Notes under the pieces: generated by a model
Seen by the model: only the letters and a program-made list of their open reading frames with translations
What the model was told of the DNA's origin: nothing
Database searches by the model: none
Made by a program: the position numbers and the translations under genes
Shown here: positions 1-12,050 of the stretch, one piece after another
How the letters are laid out: every line of letters begins with the position of its first letter
How positions within the stretch are numbered: position 1 is the stretch's first letter
NCBI GenBank assembly: GCA_973895155.1
Contig: OZ316895.1
Coordinates: 21,650,558-21,714,557, forward strand
Direction: 5' to 3'
DNA length: 64,000 nt
DNA from: Marsupella aquatica
Lineage: Eukaryota > Plantae > Marchantiophyta

Positions 1-946
1 TAAGGAACATTGAGTGATAAATGGGATTGCCTGCAGTATATGTTTCACCAGTAGAGATCGACCAGTGAATGTTAGCATCTTATTCACCCACGATGATAGT
101 CTTCGTCCAATCTTATCAAGTACAATATAGTGTAACTGCTCAGTCTTCAGGTCCACACCGAGTGGGGCACCTAGGTATTTTTGTAGCTCTCCCCTTTCAC
201 TGATCACACATCCAGTGTCCCTAAGCCACCTCGAAATGTCCCCCAACACAATATAGGGATCACCACTGATTTCCTCAGGTTGAGACGGGCCCCCGTGGCA
301 ACTTCATAGCACTCAATCACTTCAGTTACCTATTTAAAACTCCTTTCCCTGACAGGGATAAACATCCCTAGATTGTCCGTAAAGAAGCGGTAGCAGATTG
401 TAAGTGACTCAGAGATCTAAATCCCAACAAGTCTGCCAGCAGCTATCTCGGCATCCATGAGGTCCATCAATGGCTGCATGGAGATAATAAATAACAGTGG
501 TGATCATAAGGGACAACCCGTTTTAAACCAATCTCAGCTGATACCATTCCATTTAGGTATACCCTGGATGTTGCATTTGAGAGTAGTGCCTGCACAAGTT
601 TAATGAAGTTGTTGCTAATTCCCAGGAGGTGCATTGTCTCCTAGATGTACTCATGCTCCACTCTATCGAATGCCTTCTCGAAATCAAGCTTAAGAAATAG
701 GGCCTCTTGTTTCCTATTTTTCAGCCAGTCAAGAGTCAACCAAGCAAGCAAAATATTTTCTAGAATGTTTCTCCCCGGAGTAAATCCCGTCTGCTGTGGG
801 CTGATTATCTTTAGCAGAATCCCAATCAACCTAAGTGCTAGTATCTTAGCAATCAGCTTGTAAATGGTATTCAACATGGTTAGTGGCCTCCAGTCTTTCA
901 GCATTCTCTTATCCAGCTTTTTGGGGATAAACTTTATCGTCCCTTC
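1..946 (-). mobile_element. L1-type LINE ORF2 (reverse transcriptase) remnant, 3' part, split by the CACTA insertion
   Basis: Minus-strand translation EGTIKFIPKK...WRPLTMLNTIYKLIAKILA...QTGFTPGRNI...FLKLDFEKAFDRV matches L1 RT domains; in-frame stops further downstream. Confidence 0.9.
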
Positions 947-967
947 CACTAGTACATTTTAGGCACT

Positions 968-1492
968 TTTCCGATACTAAAAACACGCGTTTCTCAACGC
1001 GCCCGATACTAAACACAACAGAAACGTTCCGATACTCTCAGCTACGGAACTTCCGATACTACCAAAATCGGACATTACTATCCGATAGTTTTTGTATCGA
1101 AAACCTTATCCAATCCCCATCATATCGGACAATGTCCGAAACATCCTGTATCGCAAATTGAGAGCCGACATGTTTTTCAGACGTCCGATAAGAATAGTAT
1201 CGAAAGCTAATTCTGATAGGTTTGCTTTCGGACATTTACCGATACAAGTGTTATCGGACTTATTTTTGCGATACTAGTTACAACGGAAATCATTTGCGAA
1301 GGCTTAGGTATCGGTTATTATCCGTTGAAATTTCTATCGGACCCCTCCTCGGCCTCGGGCTTAAGTGTTCGATCTGTGGAGTATCGGATAGTGGCTTCCG
1401 ATTCTTATAGTATTGGAAAATCCGATACTTTGAGGATGGGAAGGGGTTTTTGGCTTTGTCAGTACTGATGTGTGTCCGATATGTTTCCGATG
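968..1492. repeat. CACTA left subterminal repeat array (TCCGATA/TATCGGA-type motif, both orientations)
   Basis: Dense copies of (t)ccgata, tatcgga, tatcga and tccga just inside the TIR. Confidence 0.9.
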
Positions 1493-1695
1493 GTATTTGA
1501 ATGGGACATATGGGACTTTAGTGTTTTACAATGTATAGGTTGCATGGAATTAATGGATTCAGATATGCGGCATACTTTAAGCAATAGATATGTATACTGC
1601 ATGAAATTGTGGACAATGAGAAAAATCGTAGAATGCCGATAAAAAGATAGTGCCGGTAAAAATATGAATGAAGATGGTGGGGTCTACAATTTATA

Positions 1696-4600
1696 CTAAC
1701 TCGTGGGGGGTATGTCTCTATCTTCCACTACAACTACGTTGGGTCTCTCTTGGACTATGGACCGTGATCTGGGAATATACGGCATGACAATGGACCACTC
1801 GGGGTCATTGGGATAGGGTAGGTAAAAGCATTGCTCAAGGTGATGTGGGAAGGCAAAGGGATCTGAGGACCTCCAGTTGGAACTGATGACACTATTTGCG
1901 GATGTCTTCAAACGAGTAAAACCGCATGCATCATCTTCACAAGTACGATTGTGGCCTACAAGATTCATCTTGAACCATTTGCACTTGAATACCACTTCCT
2001 CCAAAGTAGTATGTGCATGGTACTTCACTGTTAGGATCTCCTCAATCTTCCCATAATGGGCCACGGTGGAGCGAATGGGATTCATGTCTGACATGCTACT
2101 CTGGGAATCTTGGGTGAACCAACCCATCACCCCACAATCCTGTGTAGCTGCCCTCTTCTCATCAAGTCGTTCCACACGAAAATGTCTCCCCTTTGATCAC
2201 ATGGCAGTCCGAGTCATGACTATAAGTAGTGAACCATGAACCAAGGTACGAAGTTTATCTGTCACGTTTGGGTAGTGTAATACACTCTCCCCGGTACCCA
2301 CCAGGGCATCCACTTCTAACAACTTCTCCTTCATGTATGGGTGAAACTTGGGAAATAACCGTGGGCGTCGACTGTTTTGCTTCTCCTCCTCATAAAATGT
2401 TGTCCACTCCCCGACAACCTCGGGTGAGTTATACAACATAAATGTTGTGAGCTGTAAACGCTCTGCTGAGCCTATGAGACGCTCTCCAGATGCCCCAGTG
2501 AGTCTATCATCCTCGTAGTCAGCCTCTCGTGCTGCCTCATCTATCCATCCCCTAGGAGCACTAGGATCTAGTGTGGCAACTATGTTTGTACAGTAAAACA
2601 TACTCTCTGCTCCAAGATGACGCTCCGCAATGCTACCTTCCACCCTAGCGCGATTAAAGACATATGACTTCATCACCCCCATATAACGCTCTACCCAATA
2701 CATCCATCGACAATGTACTGGGCCTGCAATTGCAACCTCGCGCACTAAATGTATGAGGAAATGAACCTGACCATCAAAGAATGAGGGAGGGAGTGCCTTC
2801 TCCAACTTGCAGACAACCTCTACTCCAAATATCTCCATAGCAGCAATGTCATCGGACTCCTGTACCTCCTTTTGACATACCCATCTTAAGAGCTTACCCA
2901 ATGACCAAAGGGCATCACGAAGTTCCTCACTACCCAATCCAATAATAGCAACTGGAAGAACATGTTCAAGAAAGATGGCCATTTTGGAGAATCCTCCCCC
3001 CCAAATGCCTTCCGAAGATTGGTACCATAACCTGTGGGAAACCTCATCAACCCAATACGTCTGCAAAACTCAATGCGCTCTGCCCTTGTCAAAACCCAAG
3101 GAGGATGGATGCTAGGGGGAGCACCAGGGGGGTCCAAAGATGGCCAAAAACCCAAAAGACCATGCATCCCCATCTCCTCACAACTTTCTCTCCAATTGTT
3201 ATTTTTCTCCCCATATAGATGGCGAATCAATGATTTCCCCACATTCCCCTCAATGTGCATAGGGTCTAACAAGTGATTAATGGGCATATCTGACCAATAT
3301 GGCAATTGTGACAATGCAGACAAACGGGTCATGCCACATCTGAATAATGGTAATGGATCACTCGGATCCTGAACTCTCCCCCATACCTCTCTCCAATATG
3401 CTGGATCCTTCCGCTGAGGTTGAGGACGAATATCAGGTTGGCCCTCATCAGTATCATAAAGGAATGGATCACTCCTCCAAGGATGGTCTGGTGAAAGATA
3501 TTTAGTATGACCAATGTAAACAATTTTTTGCAGAGTACTTGACTTGGGCCTGGCCACCCCCTCCAAATCGGGTCCACATGTAGAGCAAGCTCGATAGCCT
3601 GATGTTTGCAATCTAGAAACATATCCAAACCCTGCCCAGTGCATAGAAAACACATTCATAAAATAAGGTTCATCAAGGCAAAAATCTGCATAATTGCAAT
3701 TAAATACAAGGTTTAGGTACTAGAGGAAATAAGGGTTTACCATACCTGGTAAATCATGCATGGTCCACATAAGGATGGCCTTTAGAGTAAATACGCGGGA
3801 TAAACCTCCTGTGTTGTGACGTCCATCATAACAATCCACTCCTCTCCACAGTTGTATCAACTCATCAATCAATGGCTGCAAGTACACATCAATCTTTTTA
3901 ACTTGCTTAGGACCCGGAATAATCATGGAGAGTAGTAGGTGACCTTTCTTCATGGCCATCCAAGGAGGGATGTTGTAGTTTGTCAACACTACTGGCCACA
4001 CCGAATATGGTTTGGCTTTTCCTGTCAAAGCAAAAGGGCTGATACCGTCTGCTGCCAAGCCTAGTCGAACATGTCGTGGGTCAATTTTGAACTCTCCCCA
4101 TCTATCCTCTACAAATCGATTGGCAGGAGAGTCAACCATCATCCGCATGGCACTAGAGGGTACAGCCATATCAGAACAATTTTGTGAGTGCCATACCATC
4201 ATCTCAGCCAACTCTGCACATCGGAATTGATGTCACAATCGAGGGATAAGAGGAAAGTACCTCATAACCTTTTGCGGTACCTTCCCCGTCAACATGTCAT
4301 CACGGTACCGTGGCTTCTGACATTTAGGACATGTTGTGGCATTTTCATGCTCACCCCTAAAAAGAATGCAATCATCCACACATGCATGTATCACCTCATA
4401 CTTCAGGCCAATGGACCTCAACACCTGTTTAGCCTCTTTCCAAGAGGCTAGCAATGCATTGCCTACTGGCAAAATACGATCATGCAAGGTACGGAAAACA
4501 TCATCCAAAAGTAGATTGCTTGCCCCATGTCTTTGCTGCAAGTTGAGCAACAACATTATTGATGAGAGCCGAGATAACCTACTCCCCTCGAATATGCGAG

Positions 4601-4913
4601 TACGGGCATGACGTTGCGCCTCCTCCCATTGCTTGTCTTGGGACCCCCTAGAAGGATGTGGATGACTAGTCCTTTCATGGGTTGAACCAATGTCCTCCAA
4701 ACCAATGTCATCGTGATCATCATAGAATTGGTCCATGAGCTCATCCATGGCCCTCTCCTCATCAAGATGGTCTTGGATAGGATCATCACCATCATGTCGT
4801 ACCCCATCCTCTTGCCTTTGTGGTTCATGCCCACGGTTGGCCACCATGGCCTCAACAAGGTGTTGTCGCATAGCTCGTGATATTACCCCAATATCAGGCG
4901 TTACATATTGATT
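1696..4913 (-). pseudogene. CACTA TnpD/Tnp2-family transposase (Transposase_21 / DUF4218 / DUF4216-like), disrupted
   Basis: Motifs IHACVDDCILFRGE..CPKC, RHVRLGLAADGISPF, SVWPVVLTNYNIPPW, LMWTMHDLPG, HLLDPMHIEGNV, FFDGQVHFLIHLVREV..GPVHCRWMYWVER, DPFAFPHHLEQCFY. GT-AG intron at 3745-3632; in-frame TGA at 4235-4233 and 2199-2197; frameshift near 2970. Confidence 0.93.
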
Positions 4914-5036
4914 CTATCATACAACATCAATTAATTAATCTCATCAACACATGCACTGCTGAACAACATCATTCTCATGTAAACATGTAAAATAAATTGA
5001 CATATATATATACATGTATGTAAGTCCAAGAAACTA

Positions 5037-6392
5037 TCATGGACGACAACGCAAGGACAATTTTGGTGCATCCCACTCATACTCACACAATAACTCCTCA
5101 CCAGCTCTAATGGTCCTAACAGCTACTGTCATGATATGGTCGTCCATATGTTTCACAAAATATGGATGTCTAGGTGGACCAAACATTTGAATCCACTCTA
5201 CATTAGCCTCCAAACCTCTATCTCTACCTGTGGTACTATTGATGTACCCTGCTAAATTACCGTTCCGAATAGGGTCACCATCAATCATCCAGCAATGCCA
5301 CGGCCTAGTGAAGACCTCATCCGGGTCTGAGTCCATCCTCAATGCATACACCCCCCAACTTGGGTGTTGACGCAACAAAATATTCCAACTCTTGGAGTTA
5401 TATACAGCCCCAATGTAAGGAAAGAGATGCTCTCCATCATAACCACGTCTCCATGGCTTTGGAGGGACCACAATATCCTCCAAAGCAAAAAGACCATATC
5501 CTATATCATGACCAATAGAGGATGCCTTCACTATCCAAGGGCGACCCCATATCTGAACTGGTTCATCTGTAGGAATAAAATCTGGAAATTTGAAGAGACT
5601 TGGAGAAAAGTCCTTCAAAACTTTGGCAGCCCTACCAGTGAGATAGGATAGTCCAAACCTGCCCTCAACGCAAATATAATCTACGTTACCGGCTGGTCGA
5701 TCACTAATACCTAACACCTCCTCTCGTCTGTCTACCTGGTCCAGTGGTCCATACTGCCGTCTACGTCTACCAGATTGTGGTCGTGTACATAGGACTCTAG
5801 TAGTCACAACCTCGGGCTGAGAGACCGGTTCCCCCTCTACATGCTCATGTGTGGGCACGGGAGTGGGGATAGGAGCAGGTGGGCTAAGAGGCATCTGGGC
5901 AGGAGGAACTGCAAGCAACTCCCTGGCCCTTGCTAGAAACCCTTCCAACCACACAGCTTCAGGAACCAAAGGAGGTGGGGGCCTACGAGGCACCTATTTC
6001 AACACACGTACAATGGTTTTACACAAATCAATAAATTAAGTAGTGCCAGGATGTAAATGCAAGATAATTAAGCAATACCCTAAATTGGAATGCATATATG
6101 GAATGAATAGGGGACATAAACATATATATACCTGGCTAGGCAAATACCCTGGCATATCACCCTCGTGGTGGCCATAGTTCTCGATGTGCTCACAAGTCTC
6201 CCACGCATGTCGAACCACAAGTCCCTTACATCTCACACACCAGCAAGGTATGGGTCCTAGTGGAGCACGAGGACGATCTGGAGGAGGGGGTGGAGGAACC
6301 TCCCCCTCAGACGAGCTTGTGTCTGAGTCTGAATCTGACGTGGAACTATCAGAAGTAGACATCTGCATGCATGAAGTACACTCTGAATTCAT
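5037..6392 (-). CDS. Transposon-borne SET-domain protein with an N-terminal CxCxxC..H transposase-associated-like Zn motif; join(6392-6132, 5993-5037), about 405 aa
   Basis: SET motifs SSIGHDIGYGLFALEDI, FPYIGAVY, GNLAGYINS..ANVEW, AVRTIRAGEELLCEY. Exon 1 has IPCWCVRCKG...TCEHIENYG. Phase-0 CAG|GTATAT donor (6131) and AAATAG|GTG acceptor (5994) join in frame; no stops. Confidence 0.85.
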
Positions 6393-6680
6393 GTAAGCTG
6401 CATAAAAGAAGACAAGTGTTGGAGTATCAAAATAGAATTAATTAATGCATGAGATACAAAAGTCCTATTGTACCTCAATGATACCCGCGCTTTGCCAGCC
6501 TACTGTGTCGTATTTTCTACACACAAGGTGTGGGACATCCAAAATCTCTGCATATATGGGTGAGCATTTTGCTAATGAGCATACATAATCTGTAAGTGCG
6601 AAAGAGTGTAGGAAGAACACACCACATATAAAAAAATTCCAACATACAAATTAAGTGTAAATGATGCGGCTCGTGAAGCG

Positions 6681-7382
6681 GGGACATCATACCTCCTAGA
6701 TGCGCGGTCTCACACTATGCATAGTACATTGTCCAAAACAAAACCTATCTACCCCCTCACAAACATTGAACCACCCCTCCAAACGCAAGGTACTGTGCAT
6801 CAAATCCAACACAACCATTAGCCTAGCTAATATATGGAGGTTGAACCTTATCCTAAGAAAAGGTGTAACCTTATCCTAGTAAAACCCCATAACCCTAAGC
6901 CCATAAACCCCTCCAAAGAAATGATCCAAATAGCTTTCACCAAGAAATGGTTCGTACAAAAACTTCTTGTAGTATTTTGTCTATCATATATCATAGTATT
7001 GAGTTCCCATCACCACAACCATCCCTAAACTTGCAAGAGGACATCATACCTCCTGGATGCACGGTTTCATGCATAGTGCATTGTCCAAAATCGAAACCTC
7101 CCTACCCCCTCAAAAAAAGTTAACCACCCCTCCAAAAGCAAGGTACTACACATCAAATCCAAACACAAAGATTAGCCTAATGAAGGGGTTTAATATTATC
7201 CTAACAAAAGGTATAATGTTATACTAATAAAACCTCTACGTACACCCATAATCCCCTATAAAGAAATGAAACAAAAGGCTTTCACCCGAAAATGGTTCAT
7301 ACAAAAACTTCTTGTAGTATTTTCTTGATCCTATATTACATATCATAGTATTGAGTTCCCATCACCACAACCACCCCTAAAA
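6681..7382. repeat. About 360-bp imperfect tandem duplication between the divergent CACTA genes
   Basis: ggacatcatacctcct.gatgc at ~6682 and ~7039; both copies end in gagttcccatcaccacaacca.ccctaaa. Confidence 0.85.
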
Positions 7383-8041
7383 CACCAAGACTCTATACAC
7401 AATTGCATCATTAATTAGAGCCCAATATATTAAGCATGCAAGACCATAGCTTATCAAAAAAATTACATAGTCCGGTACAAACCCCAAAATTTGTTCTCCG
7501 CAACAAAGAAACTTGCAAGAGGTCCCTCTACATGCATGACACGTTCACTGTCCCGTTCACATATGTAGAGCCCTACAAAACGCGGATTCAAATATGAAAG
7601 CAAATAATAACTCCAACCATGTGCCCTTACCCCATACAAAACCTAAATATCCTAAATTATACTCTAAACCCTCCAATCCCATTATACCCAACCCAAATTC
7701 AAAACATTATATTGGACCCCCTTTGGGAAAGCCAAGAGGTATCCGATATAAATTCATGAGGGGTCCGATGCAATAGGAAACGGGCCACACTTGGTAAATA
7801 CACGGCCACAAGAAAAGGACGAGGGGTCCGAAGCAGATAGTTTCAGAAAGTCCGATTGCGTGTCCGATACCTTTGGTTTCGCAAAGTCCGAAATAGAAAG
7901 AATCGGAAGCAGCAGGTTTTGTTTCGGAAAAAAGAACCGATGCAGGTGCGAAGACCCGCACGTCGGGCCCTGTTTCGCACTTGGTGTTTTTCAAATTTTT
8001 TGAAGCTGGATCAAGGAGGAGAGCTTGAAGGAGGAGGAGAG

Positions 8042-10393
8042 ATGGAGGGGGGCGGGGGATCAGGTGGTGGGGGAGACGAAGGGGGATCAGGTGGTGGTGG
8101 AGAGCAAGGGGGACCGTCCCAGCCATACAATGAAGTTATGAGGGACATTTTTGTGGCCAAGGCAGGGCTGAGTGTGGAGGACGCAGAGAGAGTAGTCCCA
8201 CTCCTCCAAACGCTGATTGATGCCTCTCGGCGTGAGGCAGAGAAGACTGCTGCTGCAAGCATTGCAAGTGAGAAGGAGGCAAAGAAGAGGAAGAAAGAGG
8301 CAAAGAGAGGCAAGGGGGATGCAGAGGAGACACTGTCTCCAAGAAAACGAGAGAAAAAGCTTCGAAAAGAAGCTAGGGCAATTGAGAAGGTGCGATTGGA
8401 GGAGCAGAGGCGAAAGGAGGCAGAGAGAGCTCTCAGGCCTGAGCTAGCTCTCAATTCGGGTGGTGGTCCATTGCCTAAGAGCTACCATCTATTCCGAAGC
8501 CAATTCAAGCAGGTGCTGAGGGCCAATTTGGGGCCACTGGATTACTGGGGCAAGAAGAAGGAGGAAGAGAGATTGAGAATCAGAGAGCAGGTGAAGGAAC
8601 GGTTCAGGAACGGGGCCTACATTGATGACAGGTTCCTAAACAAACGAATTTCAGCATCACTCTCAGACATGCGCAATCATCAGCGAGAGAAATTCAGAAA
8701 GTACCTTGGAGATATGGCAGTGGATGCAGAGGTGATCAGGGAGGAGGGTTGTCCAGACGATGTTTCCCCGGATGAGTGGGCGGCTTGGCTTGAGGAGGAA
8801 CTCTCAGTCCGTGCCTGGCTGAAAAGAAGACATTGGGACAACGAAATTAGGCTGGCAGAGGAGAAGCGAAAGGCTGGGGAGAATGTTGATATCCTCCCCC
8901 TTCAACAGAACCTGCAACAATGGGCAGCTCAGGCAGCAAGACTCCCCAAACCACCAAGGCACATCATAGCAGCATTGGAGAGAGTGCAGGGGAGGCCAAC
9001 CATCACTCACCGGATGGGGCAAGGCGGCTCCAATCGATTGAAGGCTGAGTTTGTAAGTGCCCTCCCTCTCCTCCCCACCTCGACTCCCTGATCACCTGAC
9101 TCCTCGCACGAAGAATGAGTTGTTTGTGCCTTATGTCTTTTGTTTAAACCCTTTGCAAAACTCATTTTTGCTCTTGGGCCTGTTCTTTCCGATACTCATC
9201 CGATAGGTTTTGCATCGGAAGCAGCATCGGACACCGTGTCATGCCATTTTTCTTGTTACGCATCCGATAGACGTCCGATGCAGGCTGTATCGGACTCTGA
9301 ATTGGACCCCTCGGCAAAACATTTAAATTTTTGAATGAACGTACTTAACGTTAATTTTTTACTAGGGTAGAGTATAAGTTAGGGTGAACTATGGTTTAAG
9401 GTTACATTAGGGCTATGTAGGGTGGCTTGGTTTAGGGTAGGGCGCGCTAATACTAGATTTGATATTAACCTGGCCTCTATGGTTTGGATCTTTAAATTTC
9501 AGGAGCGGGAGTATGGTCGCCCTATTGCGCCGTTGGAGAGGAATTTGGCAAAGACGGATGGACCCCGCGCTCTAAAGCGCCACCTTGAGGATGAGTTGGG
9601 AGAGGTAAGTGTTCACCCTAGGGTGATATAATGTTTAAGGTTGTCATGAATTTGTTAGAGTTATGGTCGGGACCATTCATTCTAACTGCAATTAAACCCT
9701 ATTGCGCAGAATGAGGAGGGGTCTGGGTCGGAGGAGCTGGACTCAGATTCTGAGCAGGATGCTGAGGCAGGGTTGGGGAGGGTGCCCACAGTCACCCCTA
9801 CTCCTCAGGTCCGAGGTGTTGTTGCCCCATCTGGTGCCGTTGCCCCATCAGCAGGGAGGGGTGGGTCACATGCTGCTGATGGTGTGGGCTCCCATCGTTG
9901 TGGAGCATCACGGGGTGCGGGGCCCAGGCACTCAGGGGGTAGTAGAGGTGATGGCATGGGACGAGGCGATCGCGTAGGAGTATCTGGTGCAGGTGGCCCT
10001 TCCCGACGAGGTAGTGGCGACATGCCGGATGGTGGATCTAGAGGGCACGCACCATCTCGTGAGTCTGGTGGGAGTACAGCACGACATGGGCCACCCACAG
10101 GATCTGTCGGCGCACCATCCCATCACTCTAGCAGGTCTGCGGGAGGAGCTGAGGCGTCCTTTCACTCTGCCATGTCGGGGGTTGGTGGGACATCTACCTT
10201 GCCTGACCACCCTAGCGGTGCATCTAGTGGGTCAGGGTCTAGGCCTGCATCAGGCCAACCCATGCCATCTGGTGAGCAGGTGGCTGCCACGGTTGTGGGC
10301 AGCCAGAGGGAGGAGGGCTCTCATGATGCTAGACCTGTACCCACCCTTCGTTCTCGCCCAAAGAAGAAGAAGGGACGCAACACACCTTTTTAG
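8042..10393 (+). CDS. CACTA ORF2/TnpA-like accessory protein; join(8042-9052, 9503-9604, 9710-10393), about 598 aa
   Basis: Open reading frame across three phase-0 GT-AG exons; coiled-coil region, W-rich helical region, HRMGQGG motif (resembles the HxLGxGGY of CACTA ORF2 proteins), G/S-rich tail ending in basic RPKKKKGR; true start uncertain. Confidence 0.75.
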
Positions 10394-10729
10394 AGGTTAG
10401 TTGCATTTAGGTGGTCGGGTATCTAGTGCTAGACAGCTTTGATTAGACACTCACTCGGAGGTACCTTGTATATAGCTCAGTGTAGTCTCTAGTCAAAGCT
10501 CTCTTTACATCTTCTATCATGCCATCACGACCAGGATGGGTCTACCCAGTAGGCCTAATCCATTTTGTACATATTGGGGTGATCCCCTTTTTGAATATGA
10601 TATTTTGACCTCGTGTTTATAGCATTATCTTTGGTTCCTAATTGGTGTATGTCACCTTCAACCCTAAACCAATACCCAAACCCCCAAAAAACCACCCATG
10701 AAACCCTGTATTCCACCCCCAGAACATTT

Positions 10730-11220
10730 GATAATCCGTTGCAAGTCCGTTACCATCCGTATCGGTAATATAGCAGTGTCCGATGCTGCTGCCTTCAAAC
10801 TTTCCCATCCCCAACGCATCGGACCCCTCCTTCAAGGTTCCCATCTTAAATATATCGGATAGTCCGATACAAAAAGTAACGCACTTTCCGTTATTATAAA
10901 TAACGCAATGTCCGATACAAATTCCTTCACAACTTGCCATGTCAAATATATCGGACATACCGATTTAAATAGTATCGGACATAGGAAATCATCGTGTGCC
11001 GTCGCGTGTTAGTTATCCGATTCATTTTACAACGGACATAAAATATCCGTAACACGTTACAACGGAACGTCCGTCGTAAAAAATATCGGAAAGTCCGATG
11101 GAAGTCCGATGGTCGATATGCGATGGTTTGCGCATCGCAAAGTGCGTTGGGAATTGCATCGGATGATAGAAATTTTTGCGTCAATTTTCCTGAAGGGATC
11201 CGATGTAAATCCTATCGAAT
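10730..11220. repeat. CACTA right subterminal repeat array
   Basis: Many tccgat / atcgga / tatcgg copies immediately inside the right TIR. Confidence 0.9.
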
Positions 11221-11243
11221 AAAGGCCCAAAAATGTACTAGTG

Positions 11244-12050
11244 TTCTTTGATCCTGTTTGCCAACTTCCCAATCAACCAAAATTCATGAATCATGGCCAC
11301 CAGGTCCACATGCATAAACTCCTAGCATGCCTAGTAGATCTCCGCTGTAAGACCATCTGGGCCTGGGGCCTTATCCTTTGGGAGCAACCACAATACTTCT
11401 TTAATTTCCTTAGTTGTTGGCAGCCTTTTCATCAAATCAATCTCAGATGCACCTAATGCAGCTCGCGTGTGCTCCAACAACCTGCTGCGCTCTTTAAGTG
11501 TGTTGCTTCTCTCATACTTCGTAGGTGCCCCAGGAGCGTAGAGCTCCACGCAAGTCCTCTCCACTTCTCTCATGATCTGTCCTGCCTCCGTGAGCACCTA
11601 CCCTCCTTCAAGCAACAAGCTTTTCATTGCCTCCCGTTCCCTCTTAGCTTTCACGGTTGCAAAGTAGAATCACAAGGGTTCCTCACCCTCCCCCAACCAT
11701 TTTATTCTTGCCATCCGTCTCCCTCGGGTGTATTAGTAGAGACGTACCCCCCAACCCTCTTAAGGAGTCGAGGTGATATATTGGTAGGATGGTAATATGG
11801 CTCTCATTACCATATCCAATGATCTGAACTAATCAACTTTAATCTCTTGCAGGGCCAAAATATCAAGTCTTTCTCTTCGAGACTCAATCCAATTTTTAAC
11901 GACATGCTGCTTGTCGGGCTCACACGGGCCATATACATTCCAGGAGGCTAACTTTAGCATCTCCCCTCTAAGCGACCGGTGGCTGCCCGTGGTCCAACCA
12001 TGTTTATAGGCGGATCCTGTTGCCCGATGGTGAGCCTCATCCCTCACTCC
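11244..12050 (-). mobile_element. L1-type LINE ORF2 5' part (APE endonuclease start and pre-RT region), internally deleted
   Basis: LKLASWNVYG...DILALQEIK (APE) and EIKEVLWLLPKDKAPGPDGLTAE; continues in frame into 1-946 once the CACTA is removed. Confidence 0.88.

Larger units (their letters stand above)
947..11243. mobile_element. Complete CACTA/EnSpm DNA transposon (10,297 bp) carrying a transposase, a SET-domain gene and a divergent ORF2
   Basis: Perfect 14-bp TIR CACTAGTACATTTT (947-960) / AAAATGTACTAGTG (11230-11243); 3-bp TSD TTC (944-946, 11244-11246); removing the element plus one TSD restores the LINE frame GKLANRIKEGTIKFIPKK. Confidence 0.97.
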
